Shown here: positions 1-15,000 of the stretch, piece after piece
Numbering within the stretch: position 1 is the stretch's first letter
How the letters are laid out: the number at the start of each line of letters is the position of its first letter
Assembly: GCA_964016885.1 (NCBI GenBank)
Contig: OZ024741.1
Coordinates: 391,468,001 to 391,532,000 of the forward strand
Source: Eledone cirrhosa
Taxonomy: Eukaryota
Length of the DNA: 64,000 nt
Direction: 5' to 3'
Program-made: the position numbers and the translations under genes
Notes under the pieces: generated by a model
Database searches by the model: none
What the model was told of the DNA's origin: nothing
What the model saw: the letters and a program-made list of their open reading frames with translations, nothing else

Positions 1-3000
1 AATGTCTGGGTTGTATATAGAGAGAGGGGGACAGAGAGAGGTCATTGTTACTATAGTAAAGTTGGTAATGTCTGGGTTGTATATAGAGAGAGAGGGGGAC
101 AGAGAGAGGTCATTGTTACTATAGTAAAGTTGGTAATGTCTGGGTTGTATATAGAGAGAGAGGGGGACAGAGAGAGGTCATTGTTACTATAGTAAAGTTG
201 GTAATGTCTGGGTTGTATATATAGAGAGAGGGGGACAGAGAGAGGTCATTGTTACTATAGTAAAGTTGGTAATGTCTGGGTTGCATATAGAGAGAGAGGG
301 GGACAGAGAGAGGTCATTGTTACTATAGTAAAGTTGGTAATGTCTGGGTTGTATATAGAGAGAGAGGGGGACAGAGAGAGGTCATTGTTACTATAGTAAA
401 GTTGGTAATGTATGTGTTGTATATATAGAGAGAGAGGGACAGAGAGAGGTCATTGTTACTATAGTAAAGTTGGTAATGTCTGGGTTGTATATATAGAGAG
501 AGGGGGACAGAGAGAGGTCATTGTTACTATAGTAAAGTTGGTAATGTCTGAGTTGTATATAGAGAGACAGGGACAGAGAGAGGTCATTGTTACTATAGTA
601 AAGTTGGTAATGTCTGAGTTGTATATCGAGAGAGGGACAGAGAGAGGTCATTGTTACTATAGTAAAGTTGGTGGTGTCTGGGTTGTATATAGAGAGAGAG
701 GGGGACAGAGAGCGGTCATTGTTACTATAGTAAAGTTGGTAATGTCTGGGTTGTATATATAGAGAGAGGGGGACAGAGAGAGGTCATTGTTACTATAGTA
801 AAGTTGGTAATGTCTGGGTTGTATATATATATAGAGAGAGGGGGACAGAGAGAGGTCATTGTTACTATAGTAAAGTTGGTAATGTCTGGGTTGTATATAT
901 ATAGAGAGAGAGGGACAGAGAGAGGTCATTGTTACTATAGTAAAGTTGGTGGTGTCTGGGTTGTATATAGAGAGAGGGGGACAGAGAGAGGTCATTGTTA
1001 CTATAGTAAAGTTCGTAATGTCTGGGTTGTATGTATAGAGAGAGAGGGGGACAGAGAGAGGTCATTGTTACTATAGTAAAGTTGGTAATGTCTGGGTTGT
1101 ATATAGAGAGACAGGGACAGAGAGAGGTCATTGTTACTATAGTAAAGTTGGTGGTGTCTGGGTTGTCTATAGAGAGAGAGGGGGACAGAGAGAGGTCATT
1201 GTTACTATAGTAAAGTTGGTAATGTCTGGGTTGTATATAGAGAGACAGGGACAGAGAGAGGTCATTGTTACTATAGTAAAGTTCGTAATGTCTGGGTTGT
1301 ATATATAGAGAGAGGGGGACAGAGAGAGGTCATTGTTACTATAGTAAAGTTGGTAATGTCTGGGTTGTATATAGAGAGAGAGGGGGACAGAGAGAGGTCA
1401 TTGTTACTATAGTAAAATTGGTGGTGTCTGGGTTGTATATAGAGAGAAGGGGACAGAGAGGGGTCATTGTTACTATAGTAAAATTGGTAATGTCTGGGTT
1501 GTATATATAGAGAAAGAGGGGGACAGAGAGAGGTCATTGTTACTATAGTAAAGTTGGTGGTGTCTGGGTTGTATATAGAGAGAAGGGGACAGAGAGGGGT
1601 CATTGTTACTATAGTAAAATTGGTAATGTCTGGGTTGTATATATAGAGAAAGAGGGGGACAGAGAGAGGTCATTGTTACTATAGTAAAATTGGTAATGTC
1701 TGGGTTGTATATATAGAGAAAGAGGGGGACAGAGAGAGGTCATTGTTACTATAGTAAAGTTGGTAATGTCTGGGTTGTATATAGAGAGAGGGGGACAGAG
1801 AGAGGTCATTGTTACTATAGTAAAGTTGGTAATGTCTGGGTTGTATGTATATAGAGAGAGAGGGACAGAGAGAGGTCATTGTTACTATAGTAAAGTTGGT
1901 AATGTCTGGGTTGTATATAGAGAGACAGGGACAGAGAGAGGTCATTGTTACTATAGTAAAGTTGGTGGTGTCTGGGTTGTCTATAGAGAGAGAGGGGGAC
2001 AGAGAGAGGACATTGTTACTATAGTAAAGTTCGTAATGTCTGGGTTGTATATATAGAGAGAGGGGGACAGAGAGAGGTCATTGTTACTATAGTAAAGTTG
2101 GTGGTGTCTGGGTTGTATATATAGAGAGAGAGGGACAGAGAGAGGTCATTGTTACTATAGTAAAGTTGGTAATGTCTGGGTTGTATATATATAGATAGAG
2201 AGAGGGACAGAGAGAGGTCATTGTTACTATAGTAAAGTTGGTAATGTCTGGGTTGTATATATATAGAGAGAGAGGGACAGAGAGAGGTCATTGTTACTAT
2301 AGTAAAGTTGGTGGTGTCTGGGTTGTATATAGAGAGAGAGGGGGACAGAGAGAGGTCATTGTTACTATAGTAGAGTTGGTGGTGTCTGGGTTTTATATAG
2401 AGAGAGGGGGTCAGAGAGAGGTTATTGTTACTATAGTAAAGTTGGTAATGTCTGGGTTGTATATAGAGAGAGGGGGACAGAGAGAGGTCATTGTTACTAT
2501 AGTAAAGTTGGTAATGTCTGGGTTGTATATATAGAGAGAGGGGGACAGAGAGAGGTCATTGTTACTATAGTAAAGTTGGTAATGTCTGGGTTGTATATAG
2601 AGAGAGGGGGACAGAGAGAGGTCATTGTTACTATAGTAAAGTTGGTAATGTCTGGGATGTATATAGAGAGAGAGGGGGACAGAGAGAGGTCATTGTTACT
2701 ATAGTAAAGTTGGTAATGTCTGGGTTGTATATAGAGAGAGAGGGGGACACAGAGAGGTCATTGTTACTATAGTAAAGTTGGTAATGTCTGGGTTGTATAT
2801 ATAGAGAGAGGGGGACAGAGAGAGGTCATTGTTACTATAGTAAAGTTGGTAATGTCTGGGTTGCATATAGAGAGAGAGGGGGACAGAGAGAGGTCATTGT
2901 TACTATAGTAAAGTTGGTAATGTCTGGGTTGTATATAGAGAGAGAGGGGGACAGAGAGAGGTCATTGTTACTATAGTAAAGTTGGTAATGTATGGGTTGT

Positions 3001-6000
3001 ATATATAGAGAGAGAGGGACAGAGAGAGGTCATTGTTACTATAGTAAAGTTGGTAATGTCTGGGTTGTATATATAGAGAGAGGGGGACAGAGAGAGGTCA
3101 TTGTTACTATAGTAAAGTTGGTAATGTCTGAGTTGTATATAGAGAGAGGGACAGAGAGAGGTCATTGTTACTATAGTAAAGTTGGTGGTGTCTGGGTTGT
3201 ATATATAGAGAGAGGGGTCAGAGAGCGGTCATTGTTACTATAGTAAAGTTGGTAATGTCTGGGTTGTATATATAGAGAGAGGGGGACAGAGAGAGGTCAT
3301 TGTTACTATAGTAAAGTTGGTAATGTCTGGGTTGTATATATATATAGAGAGAGGGGGACAGAGAGAGGTCATTGTTACTATAGTAAAGTTGGTAATGTCT
3401 GGGTTGTATATATATAGAGAGAGAGGGACAGAGAGAGGTCATTGTTACTATAGTAAAGTTGGTGGTGTCTGGGTTGTATATAGAGAGAGGGGGACAGAGA
3501 GAGGTCATTGTTACTATAGTAAAATTGGTAATGTCTGGGTTGTATATATAGAGAAAGAGGGGGACAGAGAGAGGTCATTGTTACTATAGTAAAGTTGGTA
3601 ATGTCTGGGTTGTATATAGAGAGAGGGGGACAGAGAGAGGTCATTGTTACTATAGTAAAGTTGGTAATGTCTGGGTTGTATGTATAGAGAGAGAGGGGGA
3701 CAGAGAGAGGTCATTGTTACTATAGTAAAGTTGGTAATGTCTGGGTTGTATATAGAGAGACAGGGACAGAGAGAGGTCATTGTTACTATAGTAAAGTTGG
3801 TGGTGTCTGGGTTGTCTATAGAGAGAGAGGGGGACAGAGAGAGGTCATTGTTACTATAGTAAAGTTGGTAATGTCTGGGTTGTATATAGAGAGACAGGGA
3901 CAGAGAGAGGTCATTGTTACTATAGTAAAGTTCGTAATGTCTGGGTTGTATATATAGAGAGAGGGGGACAGAGAGAGGTCATTGTTACTATAGTAAAGTT
4001 GGTAATGTCTGGGTTGTATATAGAGAGAGAGGGGGACAGAGAGAGGTCATTGTTACTATAGTAAAATTGGTGGTGTCTGGGTTGTATATAGAGAGAAGGG
4101 GACAGAGAGGGGTCATTGTTACTATAGTAAAATTGGTAATGTCTGGGTTGTATATATAGAGAAAGAGGGGGACAGAGAGAGGTCATTGTTACTATAGTAA
4201 AGTTGGTAATGTCTGGGTTGTATATAGAGAGAGGGGGACAGAGAGAGGTCATTGTTACTATAGTAAAGTTGGTAATGTCTGGGTTGTATATATAGAGAGA
4301 GGGGGACAGAGAGAGGTCATTGTTACTATAGTAAAGTTGGTAATGTATGGGTTGTATATATAGAGAGAGAGGGACAGAGAGAGGTCATTGTTACTATAGT
4401 AAAGTTGGTAATGTCTGAGTTGTATATAGAGAGAGGGACAGAGAGAGGTCATTGTTACTATAGTAAAGTTGGTGGTGTCTGGGTTGTATATAGAGAGAGA
4501 GGGGGACAGAGAGAGGTCATTGTTACTATAGTAAAGTTGGTGGTGTCTGGGTTGTATATAGAGAGAGAGGGGGACAGAGAGAGGTCATTGTTACTATAGT
4601 AAAGTTGGTAATGTCTGGGTTGTATATAGAGAGAGAGGGGGACAGAGAGAGGTCATTGTTACTATAGTAAAGTTGGTGGTGTCTGGGTTGTATATAGAGA
4701 GAAGGGGACAGAGAGGGGTCATTGTTACTATAGTAAAATTGGTAATGTCTGGGTTGTATATATAGAGAGAGGGGGACAGAGAGAGGTCATTGTTACTATA
4801 GTAAAGTTGGTGGTGTCTGGGTTGTATATAGAGAGAGAGGGGGACAGAGAGAGGTCATTGTTACTATAGTAAAGTTGGTGGTGTCTGGGTTGTCTATAGA
4901 GAGAGAGGGGGACAGAGAGAGGTCATTGTTACTATAGTAAAGTTGGTGGTGTCTGGGTTGTCTATAGAGAGAGAGGGGGACAGAGAGAGGTCATTGTTAC
5001 TATAGTAAAGTTCGTAATGTCTGGGTTGTATATATAGAGAGAGGGGGACAGAGAGAGGTCATTGTTACTATAGTAAAGTTGGTGGTGTCTGGGTTGTATA
5101 TATATAGAGAGAGAGGGACAGAGAGAGGTCATTGTTACTATAGTAAAGTTGGTGGTGTCTGGGTTGTATATATAGAGAGAGAGGGACAGAGAGAGGTCAT
5201 TGTTACTATAGTAAAGTTGGTAATGTCTGGGTTGTATATATATAGAGAGAGAGGGACAGAGAGAGGTCATTGTTACTATAGTAAAGTTGGTGGTGTCTGG
5301 GTTGTATATATAGAGAGAGAGGGACAGAGAGAGGTCATTGTTACTATAGTAAAGTTGGTAATGTCTGGGTTGTATATATATAGAGAGAGAGGGGGACAGA
5401 GAGAGGTCATTGTTACTATAGTAAAGTTGGTAATGTCTGGGTTGTATATATATAGAGAGAGAGGGACAGAGAGAGGTCATTGTTACTATAGTAAAGTTGG
5501 TGGTGTCTGGGTTGTATATAGAGAGAGAGGGGGACAGAGAGAGGTCATTGTTACTATAGTAAAATTGGTAATGTCTGGGTTGTATATATAGAGAAAGGGG
5601 GGGACAGAGAGAGGTCATTGTTACTATAGTAAAGTTGGTAATGTCTGGGTTGTATATAGAGAGAGGGGGACAGAGAGAGGTCATTGTTACTATAGTAAAG
5701 TTGGTAATGTCTGGGTTGTATGTATAGAGAGAGAGGGGGACAGAGAGAGGTCATTGTTACTATAGTAAAGTTGGTAATGTCTGGGTTGTATATAGAGAGA
5801 CAGGGACAGAGAGAGGTCATTGTTACTATAGTAAAGTTGGTGGTGTCTGGGTTGTCTATAGAGAGAGATGGGGACAGAGAGAGGTCATTGTTACTATAGT
5901 AAAGTTCGTAATGTCTGGGTTGTATATATAGAGAGAGGGGGACAGAGAGAGGTCATTGTTACTATAGTAAAGTTGGTGGTGTCTGGGTTGTATATATAGA

Positions 6001-9000
6001 GAGAGAGGGACAGAGAGAGGTCATTGTTACTATAGTAAAGTTGGTAATGTCTGGGTTGTATGTATAGAGAGAGAGGGGGACAGAGAGAGGTCATTGTTAC
6101 TATAGTAAAGTTGGTAATGTCTGGGTTGTATATAGAGAGACAGGGACAGAGAGAGGTCATTGTTACTATAGTAAAGTTGGTGGTGTCTGGGTTGTCTATA
6201 GAGAGAGAGGGGGACAGAGAGATGTCATTGTTACTATAGTAAAGTTCGTAATGTCTGGGTTGTATATATAGAGAGAGGGGGTCAGAGAGAGGTCATTGTT
6301 ACTATAGTAAAGTTGGTAATGTCTGGGTTGTATATAGAGAGAGAGGGGGACAGAGAGAGGTCATTGTTACTATAGTAAAATTGGGAATGTCTGGGTTGTA
6401 TATATAGAGAAAGAGGGGGACAGAGAGAGGTCATTGTTACTATAGTAAAGTTGGTAATGTCTGGGTTGTATATATATAGAGAGAGAGGGACAGAGAGAGG
6501 TCATTGTTACTATAGTAAAGTTGGTGGTGTCTGGGTTGTATATAGAGAGAGAGGGGGACAGAGAGAGGTCATTGTTACTACAGTAAAGTTGGTGGTTTCT
6601 GGGTTGTATATAGAGAGAAGGGGACAGAGAGGGGTCATTGTTACTATAGTAAAATTGGTAATGTCTGGGTTGTATATATAGAGAAAGAGGGGGACAGAGA
6701 GAGGTCATTGTTACTATAGTAAAGTTGGTAATGTCTGGGTTGTATATATAGAGAGAGGGGGACAGAGAGAGGTCATTGTTACTATAGTAAAGTTGGTAAT
6801 GTCTGGGTTGTATATAGAGAGAGAGGGGGATAGAGAGAGGTCATTGTTACTATAGTAAAGTTGGTAATGTCTGGGTTGTATATATAGAGAGAGAGAGGGG
6901 GACAGAGAGAGGTCATTGTTACTATAGTAAAGTTGGTAATGTCTGGGTTGTATATATAGAGAAAGAGGGGGACAGAGAGAGGTCATTGTTACTATAGTAA
7001 AGTTGGTAATGTCTGGGTTGTATATAGAGAAAGGGGGACAGAGAGAGGTCATTGTTACTATAGTAAAGTTGGTAATGTCTGGGTTGTATATAGAGAGAGA
7101 GGGACAGAGAGAGGTCATCGTTACTATAGTAAAGTTGGTGGTGTCTGGGTTGTCTATAGAGAGAGAGGGGGACAGGGAGAGGTCATTGTTACTATAGTAA
7201 AGTTGGTGGTGTCTGGGTTGTATATAGAGAGAGAGGGGGACAGGGAGAGGTCATTGTTACTATAGTAAAGTTGGTAATGTCTGGGTTGTATATATATAGA
7301 GAGAGAGGGGGACAGAGAGAGGTCATTGTTACTATAGTAAAGTTGGTAATGTCTGGGTTGTATATATATAGAGAGAGAGGGACAGAGAGAGGTCATTGTT
7401 ACTATAGTAAAGTTGGTGGTGTCTGGGTTGTATATAGAGAGAGAGGGGGACAGAGAGAGGTCATTGTTACTATAGTAAAATTGGTAATGTCTGGGTTGTA
7501 TATATAGAGAAAGGGGGGGACAGAGAGAGGTCATTGTTACTATAGTAAAGTTGGTAATGTCTGGGTTGTATATAGAGAGAGGGGGACAGAGAGAGGTCAT
7601 TGTTACTATAGTAAAGTTGGTAATGTCTGGGTTGTATGTATAGAGAGAGAGGGGGACAGAGAGAGGTCATTGTTACTATAGTAAAGTTGGTAATGTCTGG
7701 GTTGTATATAGAGAGACAGGGACAGAGAGAGGTCATTGTTACTATAGTAAAGTTGGTGGTGTCTGGGTTGTCTATAGAGAGAGATGGGGACAGAGAGAGG
7801 TCATTGTTACTATAGTAAAGTTGGTAATGTCTGAGTTGTATATAGAGAGAGGGACAGAGAGAGGTCATTGTTACTATAGTAAAGTTGGTAATGTCTGGGT
7901 TGCATATAGAGAGAGAGGGGGACAGAGAGAGGTCATTGTTACTATAGTAAAGTTGGTAATGTCTGGGTTGTATATAGAGAGAGAGGGGGACAGAGAGAGG
8001 TCATTGTTACTATAGTAAAGTTGGTAATGTATGGGTTGTATATATAGAGAGAGAGGGACAGAGAGAGGTCATTGTTACTATAGTAAAGTTGGTAATGTCT
8101 GGGTTGTATATATAGAGAGAGGGGGACAGAGAGAGGTCATTGTTACTATAGTAAAGTTGGTAATGTCTGAGTTGTATATCGAGAGAGGGACAGAGAGAGG
8201 TCATTGTTACTATAGTAAAGTTGGTGGTGTCTGGGTTGTATATATAGAGAGAGGGGGACAGAGAGCGGTCATTGTTACTATAGTAAAGTTGGTAATGTCT
8301 GGGTTGTATATATAGAGAGAGGGGGACAGAGAGAGGTCATTGTTACTATAGTAAAGTTGGTAATGTCTGGGTTGTATATATATATAGAGAGAGGGGGACA
8401 GAGAGAGGTCATTGTTACTATAGTAAAGTTGGTAATGTCTGGGTTGTATATATATAGAGAGAGAGGGACAGAGAGAGGTCATTGTTACTATAGTAAAGTT
8501 GGTGGTGTCTGGGTTGTATATAGAGAGAGGGGGACAGAGAGAGGTCATTGTTACTATAGTAAAATTGGTAATGTCTGGGTTGTATATATAGAGAAAGAGG
8601 GGGACAGAGAGAGGTCATTGTTACTATAGTAAAGTTGGTAATGTCTGGGTTGTATATAGAGAGAGGGGGACAGAGAGAGGTCATTGTTACTATAGTAAAG
8701 TTGGTAATGTCTGGGTTGTATGTATAGAGAGAGAGGGGGACAGAGAGAGGTCATTGTTACTGTAGTAAAGTTGGTAATGTCTGGGTTGTATATAGAGAGA
8801 CAGGGACAGAGAGAGGTCATTGTTACTATAGTAAAGTTGGTGGTGTCTGGGTTGTCTATAGAGAGAGAGGGGGACAGAGAGAGGTCATTGTTACTATAGT
8901 AAAGTTGGTAATGTCTGGGTTGTATATAGAGAGACAGGGACAGAGAGAGGTCATTGTTACTATAGTAAAGTTCGTAATGTCTGGGTTGTATATATAGAGA

Positions 9001-12000
9001 GAGGGGGACAGAGAGAGGTCATTGTTACTATAGTAAAGTTGGTAATGTCTGGGTTGTATATAGAGAGAGAGGGGGACAGAGAGAGGTCATTGTTACTATA
9101 GTAAAATTGGTGGTGTCTGGGTTGTATATAGAGAGAAGGGGACAGAGAGGGGTCATTGTTACTATAGTAAAATTGGTAATGTCTGGGTTGTATATATAGA
9201 GAAAGAGGGGGACAGAGAGAGGTCATTGTTACTATAGTAAAGTTGGTAATGTCTGGGTTGTATATAGAGAGAGGGGGACAGAGAGAGGTCATTGTTACTA
9301 TAGTAAAGTTGGTAATGTCTGGGTTGTATATATAGAGAGAGGGGGACAGAGAGAGGTCATTGTTACTATAGTAAAGTTGGTAATGTATGGGTTGTATATA
9401 TAGAGAGAGAGGGACAGAGAGAGGTCATTGTTACTATAGTAAAGTTGGTAATGTCTGAGTTGTATATAGAGAGAGGGACAGAGAGAGGTCATTGTTACTA
9501 TAGTAAAGTTGGTGGTGTCTGGGTTGTATATAGAGAGAGAGGGGGACAGAGAGAGGTCATTGTTACTATAGTAAAGTTGGTGGTGTCTGGGTTGTATATA
9601 GAGAGAGAGGGGGACAGAGAGAGGTCATTGTTACTATAGTAAAGTTGGTAATGTCTGGGTTGTATATAGAGAGAGAGGGGGACAGAGAGACGTCATTGTT
9701 ACTATAGTAAAGTTGGTGGTGTCTGGGTTGTATATAGAGAGAAGGGGACAGAGAGGGGTCATTGTTACTATAGTAAAATTGGTAATGTCTGGGTTGTATA
9801 TATAGAGAGAGGGGGACAGAGAGAGGTCATTGTTACTATAGTAAAGTTGGTGGTGTCTGGGTTGTATATAGAGAGAGAGGGGGACAGAGAGAGGTCATTG
9901 TTACTATAGTAAAGTTGGTGGTGTCTGGGTTGTCTATAGAGAGAGAGGGGGACAGAGAGAGGTCATTGTTACTATAGTAAAGTTGGTGGTGTCTGGGTTG
10001 TCTATAGAGAGAGAGGGGGACAGAGAGAGGTCATTGTTACTATAGTAAAGTTCGTAATGTCTGGGTTGTATATATAGAGAGAGGGGGACAGAGAGAGGTC
10101 ATTGTTACTATAGTAAAGTTGGTGGTGTCTGGGTTGTATATATATAGAGAGAGAGGGACAGAGAGAGGTCATTGTTACTATAGTAAAGTTGGTGGTGTCT
10201 GGGTTGTATATATAGAGAGAGAGGGACAGAGAGAGGTCATTGTTACTATAGTAAAGTTGGTAATGTCTGGGTTGTATATATATAGAGAGAGAGGGACAGA
10301 GAGAGGTCATTGTTACTATAGTAAAGTTGGTGGTGTCTGGGTTGTATATATAGAGAGAGAGGGACAGAGAGAGGTCATTGTTACTATAGTAAAGTTGGTA
10401 ATGTCTGGGTTGTATATATATAGAGAGAGAGGGGGACAGAGAGAGGTCATTGTTACTATAGTAAAGTTGGTAATGTCTGGGTTGTATATATATAGAGAGA
10501 GAGGGACAGAGAGAGGTCATTGTTACTATAGTAAAGTTGGTGGTGTCTGGGTTGTATATAGAGAGAGAGGGGGACAGAGAGAGGTCATTGTTACTATAGT
10601 AAAATTGGTAATGTCTGGGTTGTATATATAGAGAAAGGGGGGGACAGAGAGAGGTCATTGTTACTATAGTAAAGTTGGTAATGTCTGGGTTGTATATAGA
10701 GAGAGGGGGACAGAGAGAGGTCATTGTTACTATAGTAAAGTTGGTAATGTCTGGGTTGTATGTATAGAGAGAGAGGGGGACAGAGAGAGGTCATTGTTAC
10801 TATAGTAAAGTTGGTAATGTCTGGGTTGTATATAGAGAGACAGGGACAGAGAGAGGTCATTGTTACTATAGTAAAGTTGGTGGTGTCTGGGTTGTCTATA
10901 GAGAGAGAGGGGGACAGAGAGATGTCATTGTTACTATAGTAAAGTTCGTAATGTCTGGGTTGTATATATAGAGAGAGGGGGTCAGAGAGAGGTCATTGTT
11001 ACTATAGTAAAGTTGGTAATGTCTGGGTTGTATATAGAGAGAGAGGGGGACAGAGAGAGGTCATTGTTACTATAGTAAAATTGGGAATGTCTGGGTTGTA
11101 TATATAGAGAAAGAGGGGGACAGAGAGAGGTCATTGTTACTATAGTAAAGTTGGTAATGTCTGGGTTGTATATATATAGAGAGAGAGGGACAGAGAGAGG
11201 TCATTGTTACTATAGTAAAGTTGGTGGTGTCTGGGTTGTATATAGAGAGAGAGGGCGACAGAGAGAGGTCATTGTTACTACAGTAAAGTTGGTGGTTTCT
11301 GGGTTGTATATAGAGAGAAGGGGACAGAGAGGGGTCATTGTTACTATAGTAAAATTGGTAATGTCTGGGTTGTATATATAGAGAAAGAGGGGGACAGAGA
11401 GAGGTCATTGTTACTATAGTAAAGTTGGTAATGTCTGGGTTGTATATATAGAGAGAGGGGGACAGAGAGAGGTCATTGTTACTATAGTAAAGTTGGTAAT
11501 GTCTGGGTTGTATATAGAGAGAGAGGGGGACAGAGAGAGGTCATTGTTACTATAGTAAAGTTGGTAATGTCTGGGTTGTATATATATAGAGAGAGAGGGG
11601 GACAGAGAGAGGTCTTGGTTCCTATAGTAAAGTTGGTAATGTCTGGGTTGTATATATAGAGAAAGAGGGGGACAGAGAGAGGTCATTGTTACTATAGTAA
11701 AGTTGGTAATGTCTGGGTTGTATATAGAGAAAGGGGGACAGAGAGAGGTCATTGTTACTATAGTAAAGTTGGTAATGTCTGGGTTGTATATAGAGAGAGA
11801 GGGACAGAGAGAGGTCATCGTTACTATAGTAAAGTTGGTGGTGTCTGGGTTGTCTATAGAGAGAGAGGGGGACAGGGAGAGGTCATTGTTACTATAGTAA
11901 AGTTGGTGGTGTCTGGGTTGTATATAGAGAGAGAGGGGGACAGGGAGAGGTCATTGTTACTATAGTAAAGTTGGTAATGTCTGGGTTGTATATATATAGA

Positions 12001-15000
12001 GAGAGAGGGGGACAGAGAGAGGTCATTGTTACTATAGTAAAGTTGGTAATGTCTGGGTTGTATATATATAGAGAGAGAGGGACAGAGAGAGGTCATTGTT
12101 ACTATAGTAAAGTTGGTGGTGTCTGGGTTGTATATAGAGAGAGAGGGGGACAGGGAGAGGTCATTGTTACTATAGTAAAGTTGGTAATGTCTGGGTTGTA
12201 TATAGAGAGAGGGGGACAGAGAGAGGTCATTGTTACTATAGTAAAGTTGGTAATGTCTGGGTTGTATGTATAGAGAGAGAGGGGGACAGAGAGAGGTCAT
12301 TGTTACTATAGTAAAGTTGGTAATGTCTGGGTTGTATATAGAGAGACAGGGACAGAGAGAGGTCATTGTTACTATAGTAAAGTTGGTGGTGTCTGGGTTG
12401 TCTATAGAGAGAGATGGGGACAGAGAGAGGTCATTGTTACTATAGTAAAGTTCGTAATGTCTGGGTTGTATATATAGAGAGAGGGGGACAGAGAGAGGTC
12501 ATTGTTACTATAGTAAAGTTGGTGGTGTCTGGGTTGTATATATAGAGAGAGAGGGACAGAGAGAGGTCATTGTTACTATAGTAAAGTTGGTAATGTCTGG
12601 GTTGTATGTATAGAGAGAGAGGGGGACAGAGAGAGGTCATTGTTACTATAGTAAAGTTGGTAATGTCTGGGTTGTATATAGAGAGACAGTGACAGAGAGA
12701 GGTCATTGTTACTATAGTAAAGTTGGTGGTGTCTGGGTTGTCTATAGAGAGAGAGGGGGACAGAGAGATGTCATTGTTACTATAGTAAAGTTCGTAATGT
12801 CTGGGTTGTATATATAGAGAGAGGGGGTCAGAGAGAGGTCATTGTTACTATAGTAAAGTTGGTAATGTCTGGGTTGTATATAGAGAGAGAGGGGGACAGA
12901 GAGAGGTCATTGTTACTATAGTAAAGTTGGTGGTGTCTGGGTTGTATATATATAGAGAGAGGGACAGAGAGAGGTCATTGTTACTATAGTAAAGTTGGTA
13001 ATGTCTGGGTTGTATATAGAGAGACAGTGACAGAGAGAGGTCATTGTTACTATAGTAAAGTTGGTGGTGTCTGGGTTGTCTATAGAGAGAGAGGGGGACA
13101 GAGAGAGGTCATTGTTACTATAGTAAAGTTCGTAATGTCTGGGTTGTATATATAGAGAGAGGGGGACAGAGAGAGGTCATTGTTACTATAGTAAAGTTGG
13201 TGGTGTCTGGGTTGTATATATATAGAGAGAGAGGGACAGAGAGAGGTCATTGTTACTATAGTAAAGTTGGTGGTGTCTGGGTTGTATATATATAGAGAGA
13301 GGGACAGAGAGAGGTCATTGTTACTATAGTAAAGTTGGTAATGTCTGGGTTGTATATATAGAGAGAGAGAGGGACAGAGAGAGGTCATTGTTACTATAGT
13401 AAAGTTGGTGGTGTCTGGGTTGTATATATAGAGAGAGAGGGACAGAGAGAGGTCATTGTTACTATAGTAAAGTTGGTAATGTCTGGGTTGTATATATATA
13501 GAGAGAGAGGGGGACAGAGAGAGGTCATTGTTACTATAGTAAAGTTGGTAATGTCTGGGTTGTATATATATAGAGAGAGAGGGACAGAGAGAGGTCATTG
13601 TTACTATAGTAAAGTTGGTGGTGTCTGGGTTGTATATAGAGAGAGAGGGGGACAGAGAGAGGTCATTGTTACTATAGTAAAATTGGTAATGTCTGGGTTG
13701 TATATATAGAGAAAGGGGGGGACAGAGAGAGGTCATTGTTACTATAGTAAAGTTGGTAATGTCTGGGTTGTATATAGAGAGAGGGGGACAGAGAGAGGTC
13801 ATTGTTACTATAGTAAAGTTGGTAATGTCTGGGTTGTATGTATAGAGAGAGAGGGGGACAGAGAGAGGTCATCGTTACTATAGTAAAGTTGGTAATGTCT
13901 GGGTTGTATATAGAGAGACAGGGACAGAGAGAGGTCATTGTTACTATAGTAAAGTTGGTGGTGTCTGGGTTGTCTATAGAGAGAGATGGGGACAGAGAGA
14001 GGTCATTGTTACTATAGTAAAGTTCGTAATGTCTGGGTTGTATATATAGAGAGAGGGGGACAGAGAGAGGTCATTGTTACTATAGTAAAGTTGGTGGTGT
14101 CTGGGTTGTATATATAGAGAGAGAGGGACAGAGAGAGGTCATTGTTACTATAGTAAAGTTGGTAATGTCTGGGTTGTATGTATAGAGAGAGAGGGGGACA
14201 GAGAGAGGTCATTGTTACTATAGTAAAGTTGGTAATGTCTGGGTTGTATATAGAGAGACAGGGACAGAGAGAGGTCATTGTTACTATAGTAAAGTTGGTG
14301 GTGTCTGGGTTGTCTATAGAGAGAGATGGGGACAGAGAGAGGTCATTGTTACTATAGTAAAGTTCGTAATGTCTGGGTTGTATATATAGAGAGAGGGGGT
14401 CAGAGAGAGGTCATTGTTACTATAGTAAAGTTGGTAATGTCTGGGTTGTATATAGAGAGAGAGGGGGACAGAGAGAGGTCATTGTTACTATAGTAAAATT
14501 GGTAATGTCTGGGTTGTATATATAGAGAGAGAGGGGGACAGAGAGAGGTCATTGTTACTATAGTAAAGTTGGTGGTGTCTGGGTTGTATATAGAGAGAGA
14601 GGGGGACAGAGAGAGGTCATTGTTACTATAGTAAAGTTGGTGGTGTCTGGGTTGTCTATAGAGAGAGAGGGGGACAGAGAGAGGTCATTGTTACTATAGT
14701 AAAGTTGGTGGTGTCTGGGTTGTCTATAGAGAGAGAGGGGGACAGAGAGAGGTCATTGTTACTATAGTAAAGTTCGTAATGTCTGGGTTGTATATATAGA
14801 GAGAGGGGGACAGAGAGAGGTCATTGTTACTATAGTAAAGTTGGTGGTGTCTGGGTTGTATATATATAGAGAGAGAGGGACAGAGAGAGGTCATTGTTAC
14901 TATAGTAAAGTTGGTGGTGTCTGGGTTGTATATATAGAGAGAGAGGGACAGAGAGAGGTCATTGTTACTATAGTAAAGTTGGTAATGTCTGGGTTGTATA

